DNA of 64,000 nt from a phage, in sequence record NC_135731.1; one strand, written 5' to 3'. Position numbers and translations under genes: made by a program. The notes under the pieces are model-generated. The model saw only the letters and a list, made by a program, of their open reading frames with translations. It did not search any database and was not told the DNA's origin. Each line of letters starts with the position of its first letter. The first letter of the stretch is position 1. This document shows, piece after piece, positions 25,201 through 33,054 of the stretch.

Positions 25201-27862
25201 TTTGGTTAAACCACAAATTACAAGAGTAATCCCTCATATAGTCATAATCAGAGTATTTGTTTACATCTTCGTTCCAACACATGTTTAGGTTGGTACCGCC
25301 CATGCATACAATATATTCTGCGACATACTTATCACTTCTGGTAGGAATACCTATGAACCATCTGTTAACAGGCTCATCCCAAGCTGTGCGCTCATCTTTA
25401 ACGCAGATAGCAATCCAGTCATGTGTTCCTGTTTTCTTGCACACATCTCGCTTCATACCATAGTAGAACTCTTTAGTATTCGGCTCAGGTGCATTTATCA
25501 GGTAACTCCATGCCTGATTTGCATAAGTTCCATTGGTGCGTGGATCATGATCAAAGGCATACATGATGATCCTTTCCCCACCAAGATGTTCGCCAAGAGT
25601 AACTTTGACATTTACATCGCCGTAACCGTTGCGAACAACATCCATATTATCAATAGAGATGCCTCTAGGGGTATAGGCAATTTTCAGAGAGTTATCTTCA
25701 CTAGTGCCACCAAGGGTGATCCCTATGTTGTTTGTTGTCCCGTCGGCATATCTTACTGTGGCTTCCCAGCGTATTCCGAAATATCCTGCATCATGGCTGA
25801 CAATTTTCAGTGTACGAGCTCCTGGGTGAGGTTTTCCAGGATCAGGCCAAGGGTCTGGGTGTTCGTGAACAGTCAACGACGTTCCGTTCTGCTCATTAAC
25901 CTGCAACATTTTACCACCCTTGCCATTAGGATTGAACTCCCACAAGGCTTGTGTTTTCACAATATTGTCATACGTGGCGCGTCTTTGATCGTAGATCTCT
26001 TGGGTCACATCATAAGTGACTGATCCAGCATCCATTCTGTGGAGTCTGACCATATACGATGTATCCCCTTCTACTGCAGGCTGGGTCCCATTCAGCCCAA
26101 AGTATACAGTATCGTTAACATGGAACTGCTTGTTTCTACCAACGGTATGCCACTTGCCGTCGGACGGATACGCAGGAACTATAGTGTTCCAGTTCAAAGT
26201 CCTTGTCGTATAGGTTCTTCCAGTGCCATGCTTGTCATGGTAGGTGATCTTGATAGAATACAAACCACGTCTGTTGATGTTACGGTTATACTGGGTAACC
26301 ACAACTTCGTTAGCACCACCATGGTTCCAGTTAGTGGAAAACTGATAGTTTGCATCTGTAACAACAGTGCCTGCAGCATTTACCAACTCAATCTTGTCAA
26401 TAATGAACGTAGCACCCTCCGGCTGAGGTTTCAATTTCATCTTGACAGTATCTCCGATGTAAATGTTGCTAGCATTGCTCACACCATTGACATCAAAGAT
26501 GTCTTCGATACCCCAGCTATCTACCGGGACATTTTTATACCAATTCTCCGGAATCTCTGTGAACCCTTGGCTGTTAAGTCTGCCACCAAAGAGGTTATTA
26601 GATCCTGAAAAACTACCACGTGGTATTCCTGACCACCAAAGCTTTCCATTTACCACACAGAGTGTGCCTAAGAAACCTTCCCTGTGGATCCCTTGAAAAT
26701 AAACGCTTTCTGTCCAGCTTACTGGCTCTGTCTGTTCAACAAACTTAGCTGTTGCCAGCGCTCTGTAATGAATAAAATTGGCCCTAGGACTATTATTAGC
26801 AGATTGAGCACCAATATCGTTACACAGGTTTCTGGAGAAACCACGGTACTGTTTTGTACCATTATTGAAGAAAATTCCACTAGTCCCGTACCCGCGAGCC
26901 ATAATTACTTCATGGGTATAGGTGATGTTAAGGCTTCTCCACGTGTCGTCACCCCAAACATCCTGACCATAAAACACATTAACAAGCTGTTGGTCATCAG
27001 GTTTGTGCATCCTTTCTGTGGCTATAATTGCACCATTAGGTCCACACATGAACCCTTTCCATGTCTCGCCCACCGGGATGCCTTTAAACTGGTCAAGAGT
27101 CACATGCTCGGCTGGATAAACTAGTGCGTTTTTGCTGTTATTTCTTAAGAAATCGTAACCTGCAATCCAGAATCCGTTAGGACCACCAAAAATAACCGAG
27201 TTGTCATGAACTTCACAATTAATTCTTGGATTTTTCCAAGGACCTGTCTCTGGACTTTCAGATGTTTCACCAATCTTAACTGGAGTAGCGTGTTGATTTT
27301 TGTCAACATGAAGAGAGCCGTAAGTATTATTGCCAGAGCCGTACAGGTGAAGCATACCATCAGCCTCTGGTGCAGCAATTACCCACACTGTATTGTTTAC
27401 ACCACCCATTACTTCAACAAGTCTCTCAGGATGGGTGTCCAAATGCAACCCTGTTACGATCTGTTCCGGCAAAGGTGTCCACTCTCTGACACAAACATCG
27501 TTTCCACCTGCTGCCTCAGATCCGATAAGACCAGCTGTGCAACCAATATAGAAAAATTTATTATCGAATGTGCGGATTACAAATGCACGGTCAGCTCTCC
27601 AAACATGGTCTACGTTCCAAGCTGCCTCATTAGGATAGTTTATTGTATCAAGATCTCCAGTCCGACACTCTCCGAACCTATTATAGCCAGTAATATTAAG
27701 CTGACCATCATCAAAAAGTATAGCTAAGCTATTTACATAGGATACTGTATTGCTTGTACCATCACTGTTGTCTATTGGGTATGACAGAACAGCAAGTTCC
27801 TTAATTCCACCCCTCTTATCGAGGAAATGACGACCAAGTTTTAGCAAAGGGATTGGAAGCAT
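22235..27862 (-). CDS. very large virion-associated protein (1875 aa), putative adhesin or fibre with RCC1-like repeats and a C-terminal Ig-like (Big_2-like) domain
   Basis: N-terminal glycine-rich repeats resembling RCC1 beta-propeller blades (ITGYNRFGECRTGD, LYGSGNNTYGSLH); near the C-terminus NIATVDAATGLVTFKAAGNVTIKFVVTDDAG resembles bacterial Ig-like domains; last gene of the late operon. Confidence 0.4.
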   Translation of the reverse strand: MLPIPLLKLGRHFLDKRGGIKELAVLSYPIDNSDGTSNTVSYVNSLAILFDDGQLNITGYNRFGECRTGDLDTINYPNEAAWNVDHVWRADRAFVIRTFDNKFFYIGCTAGLIGSEAAGGNDVCVREWTPLPEQIVTGLHLDTHPERLVEVMGGVNNTVWVIAAPEADGMLHLYGSGNNTYGSLHVDKNQHATPVKIGETSESPETGPWKNPRINCEVHDNSVIFGGPNGFWIAGYDFLRNNSKNALVYPAEHVTLDQFKGIPVGETWKGFMCGPNGAIIATERMHKPDDQQLVNVFYGQDVWGDDTWRSLNITYTHEVIMARGYGTSGIFFNNGTKQYRGFSRNLCNDIGAQSANNSPRANFIHYRALATAKFVEQTEPVSWTESVYFQGIHREGFLGTLCVVNGKLWWSGIPRGSFSGSNNLFGGRLNSQGFTEIPENWYKNVPVDSWGIEDIFDVNGVSNASNIYIGDTVKMKLKPQPEGATFIIDKIELVNAAGTVVTDANYQFSTNWNHGGANEVVVTQYNRNINRRGLYSIKITYHDKHGTGRTYTTRTLNWNTIVPAYPSDGKWHTVGRNKQFHVNDTVYFGLNGTQPAVEGDTSYMVRLHRMDAGSVTYDVTQEIYDQRRATYDNIVKTQALWEFNPNGKGGKMLQVNEQNGTSLTVHEHPDPWPDPGKPHPGARTLKIVSHDAGYFGIRWEATVRYADGTTNNIGITLGGTSEDNSLKIAYTPRGISIDNMDVVRNGYGDVNVKVTLGEHLGGERIIMYAFDHDPRTNGTYANQAWSYLINAPEPNTKEFYYGMKRDVCKKTGTHDWIAICVKDERTAWDEPVNRWFIGIPTRSDKYVAEYIVCMGGTNLNMCWNEDVNKYSDYDYMRDYSCNLWFNQTTGYPPRQARVNPAIFTDTQVFLTKQANEVQTFKNKYDPNKWFYNCYGAFFWGPGELPGGGSCLNEATYASDYIMGQVKKYKIIPGPETLGNAVDPYIIMTALRSNMDGTSMSMQIPVTNGYKRVVMIIKCDLIGKQVLAENGTSTHPFEIALHYQFADSPFAGDKRISDTDAQRCKKVLLGAGWWWYEFDLTDKFTDTSKVVTGLRLDLGENMHKAVCDGTYGDPTIYLKYVSFEHPEDVVYGPKLRLFGSWIAKDRVGMGKKVRGFLVDAGTEDMLVNAVWPELPGTQWDNSAKSINWFNIHRAMWTTNCYLWRELNDQAFGFSDGRRMAIICWTTLQRCYDHDYEIGGRAWKNIRDRIITNFADDNGGGAHNFGTSRLIHLNGSSAYKKEGYSGSMIEWGLVKDARVLMGQQLAAAIGPSAVQSVKPAWFDIPLWSSGTPGTAAINPTTGDLEISWEDLKQVGGWDKTGYQVQWWRADGSLAADEFVKDNFYTMSSAKAQQLFGQATPSTITMSMCCKDNRTGALGPRVAKVFSGIKWNLPVQSVSWKQIGDNKLLVTPACQFNATLNVDPAVAANSAKASDFSVSNTAMADVRKIDTLNARITCKNTYGTFQIINNFTDADSKVVRTASQTLSLGTLAYAALITEQSATLQGGGVGKSITTPVWKPNEWVVFDLTVDFSSDNNWTWVRNCLSQLMGGPSSVSDSHDSTDPSVFQVGKTHPETGATLPDRKYALVCISYGKADVTFSGTHTYNGTYNFSRKYSLKAGNIIDEVGVLYNPGNGIGIVGGQLQMQEPSITPSNVSGIRKTWESSNTNIATVDAATGLVTFKAAGNVTIKFVVTDDAGRKTSSTSFTVKQMAPQWFIWEGNPLDGAYPRPAGTSNMRVFTGPVMNNPTTTTNPTFFGAYIPEIIGLPRNQIQLLFGAGVDGLATFGYSDNIDAARSSGWIGFKFQWNPGGRTLGIASIGVMLPGNQQYHLEAYTNFPS

Positions 27863-27872
27863 TGTGTTCTCC

Positions 27873-27903
27873 AGATAAGAAAACCGCCCCGTCAGGAGCG
27901 GTT
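27873..27903 (-). terminator. hairpin with T-tract directly upstream of the RBS of the 1875-aa gene (attenuator-like)
   Basis: Minus-sense CCGCTCC-TGAC-GGGGCGG followed by TTTTCTTATCT, then GGAGAA RBS and ATG at 27862. Confidence 0.45.
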
Positions 27904-27910
27904 AGATATA

Positions 27911-29656
27911 TTAACGTTGTGCAATTACTACGTCTACGATATCACCAACACCACAATACGTTAATTGCAGCAAGGTAACACTGTTAGCCTTGTTGTTAAT
28001 AACAGGTGTTGCCGACAGGATAGCATACTTATCGTGCAAAGTCACGTTGTGACCTACAGCATCCTGAATTACATAGATAACCGCAGTGAATGGATAAGGT
28101 TTATCTTCCGCTGATGTCCCAGGCCACTGTCCTATTGTAAAATCCCCTTTCGCGTGGACAACATACATACTGGCCTGCCCGTTAGGTGTCCATGTCCCCC
28201 CGGATGCGTCAACCTCCTCTAGATCAAAATCTACCTTCCCTGCGTGGAAAGTAGGGGCAGTAATGGTTTTACCAGCCTCAATTTCTTGAGAGGTGGTTAT
28301 CTTACCGCTGGAGTTAATGCCATTACAAACAAAGTTGACATTGGAGAAGTCTGGCAGCCACCCGGTCACTGTGCCGGATATTTCAAGGTTGTGAAGGTAG
28401 GTGGTGCCCGTACCTGCTGCGTTTAAACTAACATCCCCATTTACCTGCAAGTTTCTGGTAACGTTGCAGTTTTCAGAGTTTGCAGTTGTTGCAGTTAAAG
28501 TGGTGGTTGTCAGCTCGGTAATTACACCTTTGTTGGCTGTAAGCCCTTCTCCTTCAAAAGTTGCACGCTCATTGACCCTTAGAGTATTCAGAGCTATGTT
28601 TTGGATAGAGGCCGTACCTCGAATAACTACAGACCCGCCAACCTCCAAATCACCATTTATTAATGCGTCACCCGTGCTTTCAATATAGCTAGGGTAGATC
28701 ATGGTGCCATCGACAGAGTAGGTTATCCCTGTAACGGTACCTGTCACCTCAAGGTTCTTAACCCTGGTGGTCCCATCGACCTGCAATGTCGGTTCGGTTG
28801 CTGCCTTCATGGCATTACCACGAATGTACACGTAGTCAAAAAAGTTATTACCTAGACCGTCAAAATGCACATCGTTGTTATTAGCCACTGGTTTCCCAGA
28901 AGTTATAGTGTCGGCTATAACTCTGTGGGTGGATACTTCATGAGGTTGCAGCTCTGTGCTTCTCCAGTCTGCATGCTTAGGATCGCTCCACGCAAAAGTT
29001 AGTGTAGAAGTATTTGCAGTAAGGATTAGGTTCCTGAAGCGTGCAGTAGAATCCGCTCCATTAACAGGCCCGTGTATGGTAAGGGTGCCACCAACTATGG
29101 TGTTAGCCAGTTCTGTAAGACCTTTTACTACCAAAGACCCTACAGTTACTTTCATCCCCTCCATGGCTTTGAATATACTATCCACATAGTCAACAACAAA
29201 CTCTGTGTTTGCTATAGACTCGGACTTATCGTCCATTGGAGGTGTAGGTGCTCTCGGGTCACCTTCGAACCTTGGACTGTTAAGTTTTGCGTAGTATTTT
29301 GCCATTACTGCAGAATCGGTATATAATCTCCAGTTTGGAGATTGTGAAGGATCTGCTGGCATTCTAACCGGGTTAGATTTTGATGCTGCTGGGGCATACC
29401 ACCACTGAGTGCCTGTATCCCCTTTAAACTCATACAACTGGTTAAAAACTGTTGTGGATGCACCATACGCCCAAGGGATTGGTGGCGTTTTAAAATAAAG
29501 GGTGTCAAGCATGGCTTTTCGTACCGTAGGGATGGTGGTCCCATCCTCTACGACAACTTCATCCACAGCGTTACCGTTGACAATCAAGTGCAAACGTTCA
29601 GAATCAACAATTACTTGATCTACCGCCTGCTCGAAGCTTGTCATGTCTTGCGCCAT
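27911..29656 (-). CDS. putative tail fibre or spike protein (581 aa)
   Basis: Ser/Thr/Gly/Asn-rich repetitive sequence typical of beta-structured fibre proteins; lies in the fibre cluster. Confidence 0.4.
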   Translation of the reverse strand: MAQDMTSFEQAVDQVIVDSERLHLIVNGNAVDEVVVEDGTTIPTVRKAMLDTLYFKTPPIPWAYGASTTVFNQLYEFKGDTGTQWWYAPAASKSNPVRMPADPSQSPNWRLYTDSAVMAKYYAKLNSPRFEGDPRAPTPPMDDKSESIANTEFVVDYVDSIFKAMEGMKVTVGSLVVKGLTELANTIVGGTLTIHGPVNGADSTARFRNLILTANTSTLTFAWSDPKHADWRSTELQPHEVSTHRVIADTITSGKPVANNNDVHFDGLGNNFFDYVYIRGNAMKAATEPTLQVDGTTRVKNLEVTGTVTGITYSVDGTMIYPSYIESTGDALINGDLEVGGSVVIRGTASIQNIALNTLRVNERATFEGEGLTANKGVITELTTTTLTATTANSENCNVTRNLQVNGDVSLNAAGTGTTYLHNLEISGTVTGWLPDFSNVNFVCNGINSSGKITTSQEIEAGKTITAPTFHAGKVDFDLEEVDASGGTWTPNGQASMYVVHAKGDFTIGQWPGTSAEDKPYPFTAVIYVIQDAVGHNVTLHDKYAILSATPVINNKANSVTLLQLTYCGVGDIVDVVIAQR

Positions 29657-29665
29657 GATTTCTCC

Positions 29666-29932
29666 TTAAGCTTTTTGCTCTTCGTTTTTAACGTGGTCAG
29701 GGTGCTGGCAACCCCACCGGAGCGAGATGAATTTGCTAATAAGCTGGGGGCAGGCTACTGAAGGTGCATATATCCACGCATACCATTCAGGAAGCGTATC
29801 ATTGTACCCCATATGAATAAACACCCCAGTCATCACCGCCATGCCTATGTTAGACCATAGCTTAGATTGGGACACTTTCGTAGGGTCATCAGATGCCGCA
29901 ACCAGTCCCCATAAAAACTGAGTTAGTTTCAT
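29666..29932 (-). CDS. small membrane protein (88 aa)
   Basis: Hydrophobic segment NIGMAVMTGVFIHMGY; holin-like size but no lysis partner nearby, so not called a holin. Confidence 0.35.
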   Translation of the reverse strand: MKLTQFLWGLVAASDDPTKVSQSKLWSNIGMAVMTGVFIHMGYNDTLPEWYAWIYAPSVACPQLISKFISLRWGCQHPDHVKNEEQKA

Positions 29933-29943
29933 TTACCCTCTTT

Positions 29944-30990
29944 TTAAGCATAAGATATAGTGATCCATTGACCATTTACAAGTTTTTGGATAGCACCTGT
30001 CCAGTAATCACCTTGATAAGGGTGTTTATAAGCGTAGTTACCAGAGCACATCACATGTCCAGGGTAGACTCTTGACTCTCTGTAGGTGGTTTTGAAACGG
30101 TTTGCTATCCTTACATCATCAACCCCTCTGCTGGGCATAGGGATGGTAAGGTTACCACTACTGTCTGCGCCGTTACCATTTACCCTACGGACCACGTTTC
30201 TTCCACCGACTGTTGCATATTGGCCCCTAACGGTTTCATCGTTACAATCAACTCTTCCACCTATTTGAGCGCTTCCGCAGGATTGTTGTCCATTAACAGT
30301 GGCTCTTGGTATCGTGACCGCATTGGCATTTGCAGAGGAACTTTTTGCATCGTTGCATTCAAGATTTCCTTGGATAGCCAGTCTTGCACGGTTGGCAGTT
30401 ATAGCATTGAGCTTCATAGCTGAAAACACAGGCTGCCCACCAGAAGGTTGAAATCTCCAACGGAACCCATCTATTTGGTGAGAAGGATCATCAAGGTCTG
30501 TGCCGTCAGCACCACCGATGTTGTCCATAATCCAGAAATCCATCGTCGTCTTGTCTGGAGTTATGGTGGTATATATTGCCGCACTGTCTGTTGACGCAGA
30601 TGCAAACTCGATTCTTTGAAGACCTAAAGTTTGAGTCTGAGTCATTATGTCTCCAGACTTGTCAACATATAGATCGTCCATTTCTTCAGGTGAGTATACA
30701 TTGAGAACTTGACGTGCAGCAGCTTTGTCTGGAACGTCTGCTAGATTATTAGTGACCCTTAAGAATCTATTATCCCATCCTGGGACAACATCTTCTGTTA
30801 AATGCTTCAACCACGCAGAAAGCATGTGAAGTTCAAAGTTAACAACTTCACATGCCATTCTTTGTGTCATATCCCAACCTTTCAATCTCTCTTCTTTTTT
30901 TGGTTGAGATTTATTCAACTCTCCCGTATTTTCAAGCACAACATCCTGATTGGCCCAAATATCAAGAGGGATAACTGGTTTAGTCATCAC
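29944..30990 (-). CDS. tail fibre protein, paralog B (348 aa)
   Basis: Homologous along its length to the 32002-33042 product; shared termini MxKPxxPLxIWA and LQKLVNGQWIT(I/V)xYA with a divergent central region. Confidence 0.6.
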   Translation of the reverse strand: MMTKPVIPLDIWANQDVVLENTGELNKSQPKKEERLKGWDMTQRMACEVVNFELHMLSAWLKHLTEDVVPGWDNRFLRVTNNLADVPDKAAARQVLNVYSPEEMDDLYVDKSGDIMTQTQTLGLQRIEFASASTDSAAIYTTITPDKTTMDFWIMDNIGGADGTDLDDPSHQIDGFRWRFQPSGGQPVFSAMKLNAITANRARLAIQGNLECNDAKSSSANANAVTIPRATVNGQQSCGSAQIGGRVDCNDETVRGQYATVGGRNVVRRVNGNGADSSGNLTIPMPSRGVDDVRIANRFKTTYRESRVYPGHVMCSGNYAYKHPYQGDYWTGAIQKLVNGQWITISYA

Positions 30991-31017
30991 GTTCTCCTGA
31001 GAAAATTCCTTAGGACT

Positions 31018-31046
31018 ATTTTAACACTTTAGAGAACAAAATGCAA
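31018..31046 (-). promoter_or_regulatory. putative promoter with extended -10 (TGTTAAAAT) upstream of fibre paralog B
   Basis: Minus-sense TTGCAT-17 nt-TGT-TAAAAT about 28 nt upstream of the ATG at 30990; the -35 overlaps the T-tract of the preceding terminator. Confidence 0.4.
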
Positions 31047-31066
31047 GAACGGAGTCCTTTCCGTTC
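31030..31066 (-). terminator. rho-independent terminator after the 104-aa gene
   Basis: Minus-sense GAACGG-AAAGGACT-CCGTTC hairpin followed by TTGCATTTTGTTCTCT. Confidence 0.5.
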
Positions 31067-31076
31067 TGACCTTTGT

Positions 31077-31391
31077 TTACCTTTTACTATGCTCTACGAG
31101 CATGTGCAAAATCTTTTGTACATCAGCTCGGATGCCGGAGACATCTGTCCTGACATCCTGCTTAAGGTCGTTAATATCGGCCTCTAGCTTGCTTAACCGA
31201 GTCTCGATAACGGAATCAAGTCTATCTTTTGTAACCATACTGTTTTTCACTAAGATGAGGTCTTTCTCCAGCTCATCCAACCTCTTGGAAATGCCTTTCC
31301 ATTTGGTGTGCCACTGGTTGAAAGCCCATACACAGATCGGGACAACGGTACCCATGCAGATACCGTACAATGCCGCCAAATCCAACTCCAC
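31077..31391 (-). CDS. membrane-anchored coiled-coil protein (104 aa)
   Basis: N-terminal hydrophobic helix LYGICMGTVVPICVWAF followed by heptad-like charged repeats (LDELEKDLILVK ... LSKLEADINDLKQDV); topology resembles an i-spanin but no embedded lipoprotein partner was identified. Confidence 0.4.
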   Translation of the reverse strand: MELDLAALYGICMGTVVPICVWAFNQWHTKWKGISKRLDELEKDLILVKNSMVTKDRLDSVIETRLSKLEADINDLKQDVRTDVSGIRADVQKILHMLVEHSKR

Positions 31392-31402
31392 AACACCTCC
31401 TC

Positions 31403-31987
31403 TTAGAGGGTAGGTCGCTCCGGGAAGAAAATGTCAGGGGCTTTAGATGTATCTATTTCAAGAAGTTTTACCCTGTACATTTTCAAATCTCTGATGTTAC
31501 GTTTCTGGTCATCAGTAAGATCATATTCAAGGTCAATCATGTCTTGATAGGCACCAATTCTAGCAGTAGCCCAAGCAAGTTCTGTCTCTATGACACCCTC
31601 TGCCTGTTGAACAAAGAATTCATTATCTGTGACAAATTCATCACCAACTAAACGCAAAGCGTCGTGGTGAAGCATAATGTTTTCTGGTACCTCTTCTTTT
31701 TTGGCGATAACCACACGAAGACCTGGAGCAGGCCATAAGGCATCAGGTTCTTCTGTAGATGTCTTAAGAATTCCCTTCTCGTCAACAAGTAGGAAGACAC
31801 AACCCGGATTTTCTTGTCGTAATGTTCGTGACTGCACATACCAATCGCCATCATCATTACGTAAAAAATACCCAGTGTATGCGGTGTAATCCTCAACCTC
31901 TTGAGGGGTCAGCTCTTTGGTTTCCTTGTTGGCGTGGTATTCGCCAGATCCCGGTTGGTAAAGTTTAAACTCTTGAAGTATTTTCAT
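31403..31987 (-). CDS. tail fibre assembly protein (Tfa family)
   Basis: C-terminal KMYRVKLLEIDTSKAPDIFFPERP matches the recalled lambda Tfa C-terminus ([24 protein letters not shown]); lies immediately downstream of a fibre gene, as for lambda stf-tfa. Confidence 0.75.
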   Translation of the reverse strand: MKILQEFKLYQPGSGEYHANKETKELTPQEVEDYTAYTGYFLRNDDGDWYVQSRTLRQENPGCVFLLVDEKGILKTSTEEPDALWPAPGLRVVIAKKEEVPENIMLHHDALRLVGDEFVTDNEFFVQQAEGVIETELAWATARIGAYQDMIDLEYDLTDDQKRNIRDLKMYRVKLLEIDTSKAPDIFFPERPTL

Positions 31988-32001
31988 GTTAGTCCTCCGA
32001 T

Positions 32002-33042
32002 CTATGCATAATTAACAGTGATCCATTGACCATTTACAAGTTTTTGTAAAGGTCCTGCCCAGTAGGTTGAACCACGCATCTCTTTTTTGTCACCGAAATG
32101 CCAGCCTGTGACAACGTAGCCGTTGCGAATTGGAGATTCAGAAACGCCGTCAACAAGTCTTGCACCGATTCTGATGTCTTGCACACCTGTCTGCGGGATA
32201 GTGATCGTTACATCACCGTTACCGTTAGCCGTCACTCCGTTCACAGAGCGAACCACATTTCTATTACCGACAACACAGTGCTGGCTTCTTACAACCATAC
32301 TGTCACAACTTGCACCACCATTAACATACACTGACCCAGCCGTCAACTGACTAGCCACATTACAGTTGGTGAATGTTGCTGTATTGCTGATAGTAAGGTT
32401 ATTGCACCTCATGTTATCGACAACTTCAACATTGCCTACCACTTTCAACAGCGCACGATTAGCCGTGATCGCGTTAAGGTACATCAAAGTGAACTCTGGA
32501 TTAATATCCGGCTGAGTTGGCTGGAATCTCCAACGAAACGCATCTACTGTAGATGTACCACCATCATCAAACGACCCGGTATTATCACTTAACCCAAAGT
32601 CGAGAGTTGTCTTATCTGGGCCAATAGTTGTCTCTATCCAAGCCTTATCTGTCTCGGCAGCTTTAAAGTTGATACGTTGCAACCCCAAGGGGCCTGTCAT
32701 TGTATCACCTGTAACTTTTACATACCTGGCGTCTGCCTCTTCCTTAGTGATAATCCCAAGGTTTCTACGGGCAACAGGGATGTTCAAAAGATCGCTCAAG
32801 TTATTATCACGTACCAGATAACGACCTTCTTGAGCGGGGATCTGCTCGTCAGCAATGTATTTTGCCCAAGTCCCGAGCATATTGAAAATATAGTTAAGTT
32901 CTTCACAGGATGGCTTTTGACCAAGATCCCAACCTTTTCTCCACAAATCATCAATCGGGCGTAGCCTGTTCTGTCTGTGGGTGTTAGGCAGAACCTGATC
33001 CTCCTCTGCCCAAATCTCTAATGGAAAACTAGGTTTTGACAT
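32002..33042 (-). CDS. tail fibre protein, paralog A (346 aa)
   Basis: Fibre-type motif VTGDTMTGPLGLQRINF; conserved termini shared with paralog B; followed by the Tfa gene. Confidence 0.65.
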   Translation of the reverse strand: MSKPSFPLEIWAEEDQVLPNTHRQNRLRPIDDLWRKGWDLGQKPSCEELNYIFNMLGTWAKYIADEQIPAQEGRYLVRDNNLSDLLNIPVARRNLGIITKEEADARYVKVTGDTMTGPLGLQRINFKAAETDKAWIETTIGPDKTTLDFGLSDNTGSFDDGGTSTVDAFRWRFQPTQPDINPEFTLMYLNAITANRALLKVVGNVEVVDNMRCNNLTISNTATFTNCNVASQLTAGSVYVNGGASCDSMVVRSQHCVVGNRNVVRSVNGVTANGNGDVTITIPQTGVQDIRIGARLVDGVSESPIRNGYVVTGWHFGDKKEMRGSTYWAGPLQKLVNGQWITVNYA

Positions 33043-33054
33043 TTTATCTCCTGA

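Noticed and set aside
25421-26608. Plus-strand ORFs of 200 aa and 189 aa inside the 1875-aa gene
   Set aside because: Antisense to a long continuous minus-strand ORF with strong coding signal; likely shadow ORFs.
31648-31896. 82-aa alternative-frame ORF inside the Tfa gene
   Set aside because: Nested in a gene with a strong C-terminal Tfa signature in the other frame.
29944-33042. Diversity-generating retroelement acting on the paralogous fibre genes
   Set aside because: No reverse transcriptase ORF and no template/variable repeat pair was found in the window; the two fibres differ over long stretches, not at a short adenine-targeted region.
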